Positions 28,125-37,984 of a DNA stretch of 64,000 bases are shown in pieces. The stretch lies in contig JALSNI010000078.1 in assembly GCA_026987075.1 (NCBI GenBank), positions 506 through 64,505 of the forward strand. The letters run 5' to 3'. The number at the start of each line of letters is the position of its first letter. Position 1 is the first letter of the stretch. The notes below the pieces were generated by a model, which saw only the letters and a list, made by a program, of their open reading frames with translations, was not told the origin of the DNA and made no database searches. The position numbers and the translations under genes are program-made. This DNA comes from Persephonella sp. GTDB lineage: Bacteria; Aquificota; Aquificia; Aquificales; Hydrogenothermaceae.

Positions 28125-31100
28125 ATGAGATTTATAAAAACAGTTTTAAATGAAATTATTTCTATAGAGTTTATGTTAATTCTTACACTTATTTTTGCTG
28201 TTTCTATTGGGTTTGCCACATTTATTGAGAATGATTTTGGGAGCGAGACAGCCTGGGCTCTAATTTATGGAGCAAGGTGGTTTGAGATTTTATGGATTTT
28301 ACTGGCAATTAATCTAATTGGAAACATTTTTAAATACAAAATGTGGCAACCTAAGAAACTGCCAGCATTTATGTTCCATCTATCTTTCCTTGTGATATTT
28401 TTAGGAGCTGCTCTTACCAGATATGCTGGTTATGAGGGTGTTATGCACATAAGAGAACATTCTGAAAGTAATAAAATTGTGTCTTCTGATGCTTTTCTTC
28501 AAATTACAGCCCAGTCAAAGAATACTATAGTTCACAAAGAGAGAAAACTGTATCTTTCTTCTATCTGGAAATTTGTAAACGGTTTTGAGGAGAATATAAA
28601 AATAAATGGCAAAACAATAACAGTAAGATATGTAGATTACTATCCAGTTGCAGAAAAAAAGATAGTTCCTGACAAAAAAGGAAAACCTATGATTTCTGTT
28701 GTTTTCCTCGTAGATGGACAGCCTATTAAAAAGATTTTGAAGTATGGAGATGTTATAGATTCAGATGATTTTGTTTTCAGTTTTGGGAAAACTGTAGAGG
28801 ATGTTAAAAAAAGCTATTTATACATAACTAAAAAAGGTGGAAAGTTTTTTATTATTTCTAACAAAGTTATCAGATTCTTTGACATGGATACGCAGCAAGG
28901 GGGAGAAATACCAAAAGATAAGGAAGTGCTGTTAAAAAGTAGAAGGATGTATATAGTTGATGGACATAGATTTGTTGTTAGACAGGCTGTTTTATCTGGG
29001 AAGGTTGATGTAGTTCCTGTTTCTAAAAATTCTGTCAGAATAGGTGAAAGTAAAGGAGCTTTGGTAGTTGAAGTTAGCTATAACGGGGAAAAAAGGGTTG
29101 TAAAACTGTTAGGAGGAGGTATGAGGGCAAGTATTGTTGGGGAGCCTGTAAGTTTAGATATGAAAGATGTAAAATTAACCCTTTCTTGGGGTGCAAAGAC
29201 TATAAATCTACCTTTTTATGTATATCTTAAAGATTTTATTGTTGAGAGATACCCTGGTTCTATGAGACCTTCTTCTTATGAGAGTTTGGTTATTGTAAAA
29301 GACCCGGTAAACAATAAGGAGTTTGAATACAGAATATACATGAATCACACATTAGAGTATGGAGGATACAAATTTTTCCAATCTTCCTATGACCCTGATG
29401 AGAGGGGGACAGTTCTTTCTGTTAACCACGACCCTGGAAAGATACCTACATACATAGGTTATTTCCTTCTTGCGTTAGGGCTATTTCTCAATTTAATTAA
29501 TCCATATTCACGATTTGGAAGACTTGCAAGGATGAAAGTGGAGAAATTAGTTGGTATATTTGTAATGGTATTTGTTCTGTTTCATCCATCTACAGCAGAA
29601 GAAGACCCATTAAAAATGCCTTTAGAACAGGTTATAAAGCAGGTAAAAAAAGTTAGTGAAGAACATGCTGAGAAATTTGGAACTCTTCTCACCCAAAGTG
29701 TTGATGGAAGAATTGAGCCTATAGATACTTTGTCTATAGATGTTTTAAACAAAGTATCAAAAAGAACCTCTTTCTATGGTTTAACTCATAACCAAATTGT
29801 GTTAGGTATGCTCGTGATGCCCAGATACTGGCAGGTAATTCCTGTAATAAAAGTGTCCCATCCTGCTATTAAAAAAATGTTAGGAGTTCCAGTTAGAGAT
29901 AGGTATTTCCCCTTTTATAAAGCTTTTGATGAAGATGGAAATTACAAACTGTATCAAGCAGTTGAACAGGCAAAGAGAAAGAAGCCTGCAAGGAGAAATC
30001 AGTTTGATAAAGAGCTAATAAAGATAGATGAAAGAATAAACATTATGTATATGGTTTTTACTGGAGAGTTGTTCAGGATATTTCCTTTAAAAGGAGACCC
30101 AAATCACACATGGTATAGCCCAAAGGCAGCTGTTGAAAAATTTCCTGAAAAAGAATCCCAGAAGATTAGATTACTATTGATTGGATATTTTGCTGCAGTT
30201 GAAAAAGGTATTAAAGAAGGAGACTGGAGTTATGCAGATAAGTTTTTACAGAAAATAAAAGAGTATCAGAAAATAAATGGAGCAGATATATACCCTTCAG
30301 AAATAAAGATAAAGGCAGAAATACTGTATAACAGGCTGAACTTATTTGAGAGACTCATATTTGTTTATCTGTTTGCAGGATTAACTCTGCTAACTTTAAT
30401 ATTTATAAAACTGATAAAACCCTCTTTAGACCTTTCTATCCCAACAAAAACTGTTCTTATTATACTAATTGCTGGATTTTTGCTACACACTTTTAATCTT
30501 GGATTACGGTGGTATATATCAGGACATGCCCCCTGGAGTAATGGCTACGAATCTATGATTTATATAGCATGGACTATAATACTGGCAGGAATAGTCTTTG
30601 CAAAACAGTCTCCCTTCGCTGTTGCAACAACAGGTATTTTGTCTGGGCTTACTCTATTTGTAGCCCACCTTAGCTGGATGGATCCACAGATAACAACAAT
30701 TGTCCCTGTATTAAAATCCTACTGGCTTACTATTCACGTTTCTGTTATTACTGCAAGTTATGGATTTTTAGGGCTTTCTGCTCTTCTTGGATTCATAACG
30801 CTACTGCTGTTTATTATTAGAAACCCCAAATCATATGATGATAAGCAAAAACAGATAACTATTTCTATATTAGAAGCAACAAGAATTAATGAAATGTCTA
30901 TGATAATAGGATTATCACTTATTACGGTGGGAAACTTCCTTGGAGGAGTATGGGCTAACGAATCCTGGGGAAGATACTGGGGATGGGACCCAAAAGAAAC
31001 GTGGGCTTTAGTAACTATACTTGTTTACACTTTTATAGTCCATACAAGGCTTGTTCCGTGGCTCAGGTCAACCTATCTGTTTGCTGTCCTGTCTGTATTA

Positions 31101-31274
31101 GGATTTTCTTCTGTATTGATGACTTATTTTGGAGTTAATTACTACTTGTCAGGACTTCACTCTTATGCAGCTGGAGACCCTATTCCTGTTCCCTCATGGG
31201 TTTACTGGGCTATAGCTGTTGTGTTTACAGTGATAATCGCAGCTTACAGAAATAGGAAAATTCAAACAATTTAG
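28125..31274 (+). CDS. ccsBA: Fused system II cytochrome c biogenesis protein CcsBA (ResB-CcsA)
   Basis: 1049 aa. The N-terminal half is ResB/Ccs1-like with a large soluble loop. The C-terminal half is polytopic and carries the WWD heme-handling motif WGRYWGWDPKETWALVT. Confidence 0.85.
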   Translation: MRFIKTVLNEIISIEFMLILTLIFAVSIGFATFIENDFGSETAWALIYGARWFEILWILLAINLIGNIFKYKMWQPKKLPAFMFHLSFLVIFLGAALTRYAGYEGVMHIREHSESNKIVSSDAFLQITAQSKNTIVHKERKLYLSSIWKFVNGFEENIKINGKTITVRYVDYYPVAEKKIVPDKKGKPMISVVFLVDGQPIKKILKYGDVIDSDDFVFSFGKTVEDVKKSYLYITKKGGKFFIISNKVIRFFDMDTQQGGEIPKDKEVLLKSRRMYIVDGHRFVVRQAVLSGKVDVVPVSKNSVRIGESKGALVVEVSYNGEKRVVKLLGGGMRASIVGEPVSLDMKDVKLTLSWGAKTINLPFYVYLKDFIVERYPGSMRPSSYESLVIVKDPVNNKEFEYRIYMNHTLEYGGYKFFQSSYDPDERGTVLSVNHDPGKIPTYIGYFLLALGLFLNLINPYSRFGRLARMKVEKLVGIFVMVFVLFHPSTAEEDPLKMPLEQVIKQVKKVSEEHAEKFGTLLTQSVDGRIEPIDTLSIDVLNKVSKRTSFYGLTHNQIVLGMLVMPRYWQVIPVIKVSHPAIKKMLGVPVRDRYFPFYKAFDEDGNYKLYQAVEQAKRKKPARRNQFDKELIKIDERINIMYMVFTGELFRIFPLKGDPNHTWYSPKAAVEKFPEKESQKIRLLLIGYFAAVEKGIKEGDWSYADKFLQKIKEYQKINGADIYPSEIKIKAEILYNRLNLFERLIFVYLFAGLTLLTLIFIKLIKPSLDLSIPTKTVLIILIAGFLLHTFNLGLRWYISGHAPWSNGYESMIYIAWTIILAGIVFAKQSPFAVATTGILSGLTLFVAHLSWMDPQITTIVPVLKSYWLTIHVSVITASYGFLGLSALLGFITLLLFIIRNPKSYDDKQKQITISILEATRINEMSMIIGLSLITVGNFLGGVWANESWGRYWGWDPKETWALVTILVYTFIVHTRLVPWLRSTYLFAVLSVLGFSSVLMTYFGVNYYLSGLHSYAAGDPIPVPSWVYWAIAVVFTVIIAAYRNRKIQTI

Positions 31275-31918
31275 ATATACTTTTTTAATTTTTCCTTGTG
31301 GATAATTATGTCTCTGCCTCTCTTCTCTAATATTCCCTGTTCTTTAAATTTTTTCAAAATCCGAGAAAACGTTTCTGGTGTTATGTTAAGAAGAGAGGCT
31401 ATCTTGTTGTGTTTTAACTGTCTGAAAAGGTCTTCATGTTCATACATAAACTTTGCAACACGAGATACAGCATCCATCATGAGATTTTGAATAATTATGT
31501 CATTCAGTATTCTTATCTTGTATGCAAAAGATTTAAGAACGTTGAATGCTATTTCTGGGTCTTTGAGAAAATCGTTTCTAAACTTTTCATAATCTATAGC
31601 TAAAACTTTGCCGTCAGTTTCAAATTCTGCAGTTGCTGGATATGGCATATTTTCAAAGTTTGCCACTTCTGCAATCATGTTTATAGGATGAAAGTAATGG
31701 AGGGTTATCTCGTTCCCCTTAAGGTCTGTTTTAAACACACGAATTGTGCCTTCAAGAAGAATATAAAGATACTTAGGCTCTTCGTCTTCATAAAATAACA
31801 GTTCTCCTCTTTTATAATCCTTTATAAAGGATATATCTCTTAATTTTTTTAGCTGTTCGTCATTAAGGTGTCTAAACAGATATATTTCCCGTGCGTCAAT
31901 CATAACTCTCACCTTCAT
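31271..31918 (-). CDS. Crp/Fnr-family transcription regulator (Cys-free; Dnr/NnrR/NssR-like)
   Basis: cNMP-binding-like beta-roll followed by the HTH IASLLNITPETFSRILKKF, which contains the E--SR recognition motif of FNR-type proteins. The protein contains no cysteine, so it has no FNR-type Fe-S cluster. Confidence 0.85.
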   Translation of the reverse strand: MKVRVMIDAREIYLFRHLNDEQLKKLRDISFIKDYKRGELLFYEDEEPKYLYILLEGTIRVFKTDLKGNEITLHYFHPINMIAEVANFENMPYPATAEFETDGKVLAIDYEKFRNDFLKDPEIAFNVLKSFAYKIRILNDIIIQNLMMDAVSRVAKFMYEHEDLFRQLKHNKIASLLNITPETFSRILKKFKEQGILEKRGRDIIIHKEKLKKYI

Positions 31919-31993
31919 TAAGTTTAATTAGGAATTATAGCATATTGTTAACTTTATCTCTGACAGATTATAGGTTAGTCTTTGTTAACTAAA

Positions 31994-32007
31994 TTGACTG
32001 GAATCAA
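31994..32007. promoter_or_regulatory. FNR/Dnr-type box TTGACTGGAATCAA
   Basis: Matches TTGAT-N4-ATCAA at 9 of 10 half-site positions. It lies in the divergent intergenic region between the Crp/Fnr gene and the DUF2249 operon, with its centre about 61 nt upstream of the ATG at 32062. Confidence 0.55.
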
Positions 32008-32061
32008 TGACATCAAGAGAGACAAAATTGAAAATTAATCTCAAAAAAGGAGGAATAAATT

Positions 32062-32355
32062 ATGACTAATAAAGATGAGATAAAGGTTGAGGGTGCTACA
32101 GTTCCTGTGTATACCTATGAGAAGGATGGTATTACTTATTACGAGTTTGATACTTCTGAGCTGGGTCCCCCTGAGCCTATGGTAAATGCTCTTTCTGTTC
32201 TCAATTTAATAGATTCTTCTAATAAAAGGGCTGTGATGATTAACCATAAAAAACCGATGGGTCTGTTTGACAAAATATCTGACAGGTTTGATTATAAAGT
32301 AGAAGAGCTAAACGGTAAATATAGAATAGAATTTTGGTTAAAGGAAAGTAAATGA
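32062..32355 (+). CDS. DUF2249-like protein
   Basis: TSELGPPEPMVNALSVLNLIDSSNKRAVMINHKKPMGLFDKISDRFDYKVEELNGKYRIEFW follows the DUF2249 pattern as I recall it (L-x-PPEP...P-x-L...two-layer TusA-like fold). Confidence 0.65.
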   Translation: MTNKDEIKVEGATVPVYTYEKDGITYYEFDTSELGPPEPMVNALSVLNLIDSSNKRAVMINHKKPMGLFDKISDRFDYKVEELNGKYRIEFWLKESK

Positions 32356-33611
32356 GGTTAGTTGGTAACTTAGCAACACAGTTTGCTCCCCCGTTTAGCC
32401 TTGTTCTCCACTATTTTTTGGGAGGTTTTATTTTTAATTTGATTTCTATGGCTTCTCTTTACTTTTATGCTGGAAGCTTTGAACCTCCCTTTATTTCTTT
32501 TTCTTATGCATTTCTGGCTCACACTTTCTTAATAGGCAGTGTAATGACAATAATATTTGGGGCGTTATACCAGCTGATACCTGTAGCTCTTGAGGTGCCT
32601 GTGTTTTCTTTTTTTCTTGGTTACGTGCAGTTTTATGCTCACCTGATAGGTCTTTTAATTTTTTTGTTCTCCTTATTCAGCAGAAATCTCTATGTTATGT
32701 TGGTAGGTGCTGTTATTCTTTTGATTTCTTTTTTGATATTTAGTTTTAACTTTTTTATGAGCATAAGAGGTTTAAAAAGCTTTAATACTACAGCGAAATT
32801 TCTTTTCTTTGCAACTGTGTCCTTAATAATAGGGGTTTTTATTGGTGTTTTTATGGTTTTTAACTTTGTTTTTGGTTTTTATTCTGGAAGTATAGAAAAC
32901 CTTGTGTATGCCCACATAATATTTACTCTTTTTGGATTTGTTTTTATGGTTATAATGGGTGTTTCTATGGTTCTACTCCCTATGTTTAGTCTTTCCCATA
33001 AATTTAGGGATATATACATCAATCTTTCCTTTTTTGTAATGATGATTTCTGTTTTTGGGGGAGGTTTTGTATCTTTCTTTTTTGGGAGTAGTCCTGTCTA
33101 TTATTCGGTTTTTTTAATGATTATTTCTGCGTTATTTTTGTATCTCTTACAGGTCTATGAGATTTATACCAAAAGGGCAAGAAGACTTAAAGATACAGGA
33201 ATTGATACTATGTTTATGTCACATTTTTTTATATTAATATTTATAATTTCTGTAATACTCACACCTTTTTCAGAAAAATTTGTATTTATTTCAGGTTTTT
33301 CTCTAATTTTTGGATTTATAAACCTCCTTATATACGGCAGTATGTATAAGATTTTGCCTTTTTTAACCTGGTTTCATAGATTTTCTAACTTAGTAGGAAA
33401 AAAGAAAGTTCCTATGCTAAACGATATGCTCCCTGAAAGACTTCCTTCATATCAGATAGTTTTATCATCTGCAGGTGTAATTTTACTCCTGATTTACTTA
33501 TTGGTTCCTGTGAACTTTCTTTTCTACATATCTGTAATTTTTTTAGTAGTAGGTTCATCAATGTATTTATACATAAATATCTATGTATTAAGGTTTAGAT
33601 TGGAGGAATAA
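32352..33611 (+). CDS. Polytopic membrane protein (about 12 TM), function unknown
   Basis: 419 aa and almost entirely hydrophobic. Contains recurrent helix motifs beginning with His and ending in Pro (AHTFLIGSVMTIIFGALYQLIP; AHIIFTLFGFVFMVIMGVSMVLLP). Its start overlaps the DUF2249 stop by 4 nt (ATGA). Confidence 0.6.
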   Translation: MRLVGNLATQFAPPFSLVLHYFLGGFIFNLISMASLYFYAGSFEPPFISFSYAFLAHTFLIGSVMTIIFGALYQLIPVALEVPVFSFFLGYVQFYAHLIGLLIFLFSLFSRNLYVMLVGAVILLISFLIFSFNFFMSIRGLKSFNTTAKFLFFATVSLIIGVFIGVFMVFNFVFGFYSGSIENLVYAHIIFTLFGFVFMVIMGVSMVLLPMFSLSHKFRDIYINLSFFVMMISVFGGGFVSFFFGSSPVYYSVFLMIISALFLYLLQVYEIYTKRARRLKDTGIDTMFMSHFFILIFIISVILTPFSEKFVFISGFSLIFGFINLLIYGSMYKILPFLTWFHRFSNLVGKKKVPMLNDMLPERLPSYQIVLSSAGVILLLIYLLVPVNFLFYISVIFLVVGSSMYLYINIYVLRFRLEE

Positions 33612-33613
33612 AA

Positions 33614-33919
33614 ATGACAGTAACAAAGGAAGATGTTTACAGAGTTTTAAAAAATGTCTTAGACCCGGAGATTGGATTTAACATTGTTGATTTAGGGCTT
33701 GTGTATGATGTTGAGGTTAATGATGGAAAAGTAAAAGTGAAGATGACCCTTTCTTCCCCTTCCTGTCCCCTTTCTGGAACAATACTCAGCTGGGTGGAAA
33801 GTGCAGTCAGAAATATTGAAGGTGTTAAAGATGTTGAGATAGAGCTTGTATGGGAGCCTCCGTGGAGTATAGAGATGGCAAGTGATGAAGTAAAAAAAGC
33901 CCTTGGTATGAAGTATTAA
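33614..33919 (+). CDS. DUF59/MIP18-family Fe-S cluster assembly protein (SufT/PaaD-like)
   Basis: VLDPEIGFNIVDLGLVYDVEV...LSSPSCPLSG is the DUF59 signature. It starts 2 nt after the 12-TM gene. Confidence 0.85.
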   Translation: MTVTKEDVYRVLKNVLDPEIGFNIVDLGLVYDVEVNDGKVKVKMTLSSPSCPLSGTILSWVESAVRNIEGVKDVEIELVWEPPWSIEMASDEVKKALGMKY

Positions 33920-33936
33920 AAATATCTATACCCCTA

Positions 33937-33950
33937 TTGACCTGAATCAA
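33937..33950 (+). promoter_or_regulatory. FNR/Dnr-type box TTGACCTGAATCAA upstream of napA
   Basis: 9 of 10 match to TTGAT-N4-ATCAA. TAGTTT (33973-33978) lies where a -10 is expected if the box is centred at -41.5. This implies a napA leader of about 210 nt. Confidence 0.55.
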
Positions 33951-34087
33951 TGAAACCTTTGCTCAAAGTCCATAGTTTTAAATATGAGAAAAATCATAGA
34001 GAATACAGAAAGATGATAAAACAAAAGCAAAAGGCACCAAATAAGAATCTTAAAAGCTCAGTCAACAATCTTTTCTTTATATTTTCC

Positions 34088-34185
34088 GGGATAGACAAAA
34101 TTACCGCCAGCTGGGTCTGTCTATCCCTTGAAAATGGCGGAATAGAAGTAGCCCAGCCCTGTGAGGTTTAAAATGGCCTTACAGG
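34088..34185 (+). ncRNA. Structured 5' leader element of napA (cis-regulatory RNA candidate)
   Basis: Four perfect or near-perfect helices were read directly. Helix A pairs 34088-34097 with 34118-34127 (10 bp). Helix B pairs 34104-34109 with 34135-34140 (6 bp). Helix C pairs 34110-34115 with 34152-34157 (6 bp). Helix D pairs 34158-34166 with 34177-34185 (9 bp, one G-U). B and C use the loop of A, giving a pseudoknot topology. The 3' arm of D runs into the SD AGGAGAGGAG. Confidence 0.35.
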
Positions 34186-34198
34186 AGAGGAGTAGAAA

Positions 34199-37084
34199 AT
34201 GGAGGTAAAGGAAGAGAAAAAGCAGAAGACGGGATTTGAGATGTCCCGTAGGGACTTCCTGAAGACCAGTGCTGCCGTAGCTGCAGCTGCTGCTGTTGGA
34301 ATGGAAGTTCCAGAAGATGCTCTTGCTGCCGCTTCCAGTGCAGAGGCGGGATGGAGATGGGATAAAGCTGTTTGCCGTTTCTGCGGAACAGGATGCGGTA
34401 TTATGATTGCTGTTAAAGATGACCGTATCGTTGCGGTGAAAGGAGACCCAAAAGCTCCCGTTAACAAAGGTCTAAACTGTATCAAAGGTTACTTTACAGC
34501 AAAAATTATGTATGGTGCTGACAGACTGACAAAACCCCTTCTCAGGGTGAATGAAAAAGGAGAGTTTGACAAAAACGGTAAGTTCAGACCTGTCAGCTGG
34601 AAAAAAGCCTACGAGGTTATGGTAGAGCAGTTCAAAAAGGCTTATAACGAGCTGGGACCAGAAGGTGTAGCTATATTTGGTTCTGGACAGTACACAATAA
34701 TGGAAGGTTATGCAGCTGCAAAACTGATGAAAGCAGGTTTCAGGTCAAACAACATAGACCCTAACGCAAGACACTGTATGGCATCTGCTGTTGTTGGTTT
34801 TATACAGACTTACGGAATTGACGAACCACCAGGATGTTATGACGACATTGAGCTTACAGACACATTTATGGTATGGGGTTCAAACATGGCAGAAATGCAC
34901 CCCATACTGTGGGCAAGGGTAACAGACAGAAAGCTTTCAAACCCAGATAGAGTGAAAGTAGTAGTTCTCTCAACATTCAGACACAGAACAATGGACTTGG
35001 CAGACATAGATATCGTTTTCAGACCTAACACAGATCTTGCGATAATGAATTACATCGCAAGGGAAATTGTTTACAACCATCCAGAAGCTATAGACTGGGA
35101 TTTTGTTAACAAATACTGTGTATTCACAACAGGTTACATTGATACAGGATATGGAATGAGAAACCCTGAACACGCTAAAGCGTTAGGATACAGCGACAAA
35201 GAGATGCAAACAATAATGAAACAGGCAGTAAAAAGAGTTTCTGCTCTTGAAGCACCAGCCCTCAGTATTTACGGTTACAAAGAAGGTGACGTGATTAAGA
35301 TGAAACATGTAAAACAGGCAGGAAAACACTGGATAATTTCCTTTGAAGACTTTAAAAAAGCCCTCGCACCATACACCCTTGACTACGTTGCAAGAATAGC
35401 AAAAGGAGACCCAGATGAGCCGTTAGAACAGTTTAAAGAAAAACTGAAAAAAATGGCAGAGCTTTACATAGAGAAAGGTAGAAAAGTTGTTACATTCTGG
35501 ACTATGGGATTCAACCAGCACACAAGAGGTTCATGGGTTAATGAGCAGGCATACATGCTTCACCACTTACTTGGTAAGCAGGCTCAACCTGGTAATGGAG
35601 CATTCTCAATAACAGGACAGCCTTCTGCCTGTGGAACAGCAAGGGAAGTTGGAACATTTGCCCACAGACTGCCAGCTGACATGGTTGTATTCAATCCAAA
35701 ACACAGAAAGATAGCAGAAAAAATATGGAATATTCCCCATGGAACAATCAATCCAAAGGTTGGTTCCCACATTGTTAAGATAATGAGAGACCTTGAAGAT
35801 GGAAAAATCAAGTTTGCATGGGTTCAGGTATGTAACCCATGGCAGGACACTGCAAACGCTAACCACTGGATAAAAGCAGCAAGAAAGATGGATAACTTTA
35901 TCGTAGTATCTGACTCCTATCCCGGAATATCCGCTAAAGTTGCAGACCTGATACTGCCAGCAGCTATGATTTATGAAAAGTGGGGAGCTTACGGAAATGC
36001 AGAAAGAAGAACACAGCACTGGAGGCAGCAGGTAACACCTCCGGGAGAAGCAATGCCAGACATATATCACATTGTAGAGTTTTCTAAATTCTTCAAGCTA
36101 AAAGAAGTATGGAAAGAGTGGAAACTGTCAGATGGAACGGTCCTTCCTAACGTGTTAGATAAAGCTAAAGAGATGGGCTACAGCCCAGAAGATACACTTT
36201 ACGATGTTCTTTTCTCTGAGAAAGCATTCAGCAGAACAATACCGGATGTTGACCTGTCATATCCTCAACCTGTTGCTAAGAACCCAAATACAGGTGAAAT
36301 ACACCTGAACACATGTGCTGTAGGAGACAAGAGAACAGTTATCGGTGTAGATGGAAAACCATGGAAAGGTTACGGTTTCTTCATAGAAAAGGCACTGTGG
36401 GAAGAATACAGACTGTTTGGAATGGGACATGGACACGACCTTGCACCATTTGATATGTATCACAAGGTAAGAGGTCTAAGATGGCCTGTTGTTGATGGAA
36501 AAGAAACGCCATGGAGATTCAATGCAGATTACGACCCATATGCAAGGAAGGAGATTGAAGCAGGAAGAGCCCCAAGAGACGGTAAGTTCGCATTCTACGG
36601 ACCTGCACTTAAGAAAATACCAAGAGGAAATCTATTTGGTCCAACATCAAAAGAGAAGGTTGACCTCACAAATAAAACAAAAATATTCTTCAGACCTTAC
36701 ATGGATCCACCAGAGCCACCAGATGAAGAATATCCATTCTGGCTCGCAACAGGTAGGGTTCTTGAGCACTGGCACTCTGGAACAATGACAATGAGAGTTC
36801 CTGAGCTTTACAGGGCTGTTCCTGAGGCTTACTGTTACATGAATCCAAAAGACGCTGAAAAATTAGGCGTGAAAGATAACGACCTTGTATGGGTAGAGTC
36901 CAGACGTGGAAAAGTTAAAGCCCGTGTTAAAACAAGGGGAAGAAACAGGCCTCCAAGGGGACTGGTGTTTATCCCATGGTTTGATGAAAGGGTTTACATC
37001 AATAAGGTTACACTTGATGCTACGGACCCAATATCCAAACAGACAGACTACAAAAAGTGTGCGGTTAAAATTTACAAAGCATAA
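34199..37084 (+). CDS. napA: Periplasmic nitrate reductase catalytic subunit NapA
   Basis: Tat signal [19 protein letters not shown], the N-terminal 4Fe-4S motif CRFCGTGCG and molybdopterin oxidoreductase domains. 961 aa. Confidence 0.97.
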   Translation: MEVKEEKKQKTGFEMSRRDFLKTSAAVAAAAAVGMEVPEDALAAASSAEAGWRWDKAVCRFCGTGCGIMIAVKDDRIVAVKGDPKAPVNKGLNCIKGYFTAKIMYGADRLTKPLLRVNEKGEFDKNGKFRPVSWKKAYEVMVEQFKKAYNELGPEGVAIFGSGQYTIMEGYAAAKLMKAGFRSNNIDPNARHCMASAVVGFIQTYGIDEPPGCYDDIELTDTFMVWGSNMAEMHPILWARVTDRKLSNPDRVKVVVLSTFRHRTMDLADIDIVFRPNTDLAIMNYIAREIVYNHPEAIDWDFVNKYCVFTTGYIDTGYGMRNPEHAKALGYSDKEMQTIMKQAVKRVSALEAPALSIYGYKEGDVIKMKHVKQAGKHWIISFEDFKKALAPYTLDYVARIAKGDPDEPLEQFKEKLKKMAELYIEKGRKVVTFWTMGFNQHTRGSWVNEQAYMLHHLLGKQAQPGNGAFSITGQPSACGTAREVGTFAHRLPADMVVFNPKHRKIAEKIWNIPHGTINPKVGSHIVKIMRDLEDGKIKFAWVQVCNPWQDTANANHWIKAARKMDNFIVVSDSYPGISAKVADLILPAAMIYEKWGAYGNAERRTQHWRQQVTPPGEAMPDIYHIVEFSKFFKLKEVWKEWKLSDGTVLPNVLDKAKEMGYSPEDTLYDVLFSEKAFSRTIPDVDLSYPQPVAKNPNTGEIHLNTCAVGDKRTVIGVDGKPWKGYGFFIEKALWEEYRLFGMGHGHDLAPFDMYHKVRGLRWPVVDGKETPWRFNADYDPYARKEIEAGRAPRDGKFAFYGPALKKIPRGNLFGPTSKEKVDLTNKTKIFFRPYMDPPEPPDEEYPFWLATGRVLEHWHSGTMTMRVPELYRAVPEAYCYMNPKDAEKLGVKDNDLVWVESRRGKVKARVKTRGRNRPPRGLVFIPWFDERVYINKVTLDATDPISKQTDYKKCAVKIYKA

Positions 37085-37096
37085 AGGTGGGAAAAG

Positions 37097-37984
37097 TTGG
37101 CTGAAAGCAGCAAAGTGGACAGAGGAAGACGGAAATTCTTCATACAAATCCTCCAGGGGCTTGGTCTTGCAGCCCTTGGAGGTTCCATCTGGGGTGGATA
37201 TGTTGCAGAAGCAAAACATGACGAGATAGTTCTCAGACCACCGGGAGCTGTTCCTGAAGAAGAATTTATAAGAAAGTGTATAAAATGCGGTATGTGTGTT
37301 GAAGCCTGCAAAAACAGGGAAAACAATCCTGACAGAACAAAGCAAACATCGACGCTGAGACTGGCTGCACCAGGAGACCACAGACCAAAAGAAGAAGGCA
37401 AATATATATACCCTAAAGAAGTTCCTGTTGGAACACCTTACTTTGTCCCCAGAGAGATTCCTTGCTACATGTGTGAAGATATACCCTGTGTTCCACCATG
37501 TCCTACAGGGGCATTAGACCCTGAGCTTGTTTCCTCTGTTAAGGATGGTAAAAAGACCCTAGACATAAACAAAGCCCGCATGGGAGTTGCTGTTGTTGAT
37601 GCAGAGCACTGCATAGCATATTGGGGTCTTCAGTGTGATGCCTGCTACAGGGCATGTCCACTGATTGACGAAGCAATAAAACTTGAGCTTAGAAGAAATC
37701 CAAGAACAGGAAGACATGCATTCCTGCTCCCTGTTGTTTATCCAGACGTGTGTACAGGATGTGGACTGTGTGAGCATGCATGTGTAACGGAAAAACCTGC
37801 AATATTTGTCCTGCCGAGAAATGTAGCACTGGGAAGGGTAGGAAAACATTATGTGAAAGGATGGGAAAAACAGGATGAGCAGAGACTGAAAGGCTCCAGG
37901 GGCATTCAGAAAACGATAACTCCAAAAAGTAAAAAATCTCCGGAAGAATACCTGAACACAGAGGATTTGCTCAATGAAGAATAA
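37097..37984 (+). CDS. napG: Ferredoxin-type protein NapG
   Basis: Tat-like RGRRKFFIQILQGLGLAALGG and four Cys clusters (CIKCGMCVEAC, CYMCEDIPCVPPCP, CDACYRACP, CTGCGLCEHAC). TTG start after AAGGTGGGA. Confidence 0.9.
   Translation: MAESSKVDRGRRKFFIQILQGLGLAALGGSIWGGYVAEAKHDEIVLRPPGAVPEEEFIRKCIKCGMCVEACKNRENNPDRTKQTSTLRLAAPGDHRPKEEGKYIYPKEVPVGTPYFVPREIPCYMCEDIPCVPPCPTGALDPELVSSVKDGKKTLDINKARMGVAVVDAEHCIAYWGLQCDACYRACPLIDEAIKLELRRNPRTGRHAFLLPVVYPDVCTGCGLCEHACVTEKPAIFVLPRNVALGRVGKHYVKGWEKQDEQRLKGSRGIQKTITPKSKKSPEEYLNTEDLLNEE

Noticed and set aside
34088-34185. Assigning the napA leader structure to the Moco riboswitch class
   Set aside because: I could not recognise the conserved Moco-motif nucleotides from memory in this sequence. 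Only the generic idea (Moco-dependent gene plus structured leader) fits, so it is reported as an unclassified structure.
33950-34485. ORFs 33950..34171 (+) and 34168..34485 (-) around the napA start
   Set aside because: The first starts inside the FNR-type box, upstream of the predicted TSS, and covers the structured leader. The second is antisense to the napA Tat signal, and its Ala/Ser-rich translation is a mirror of the GC-rich codons. Neither has an SD.
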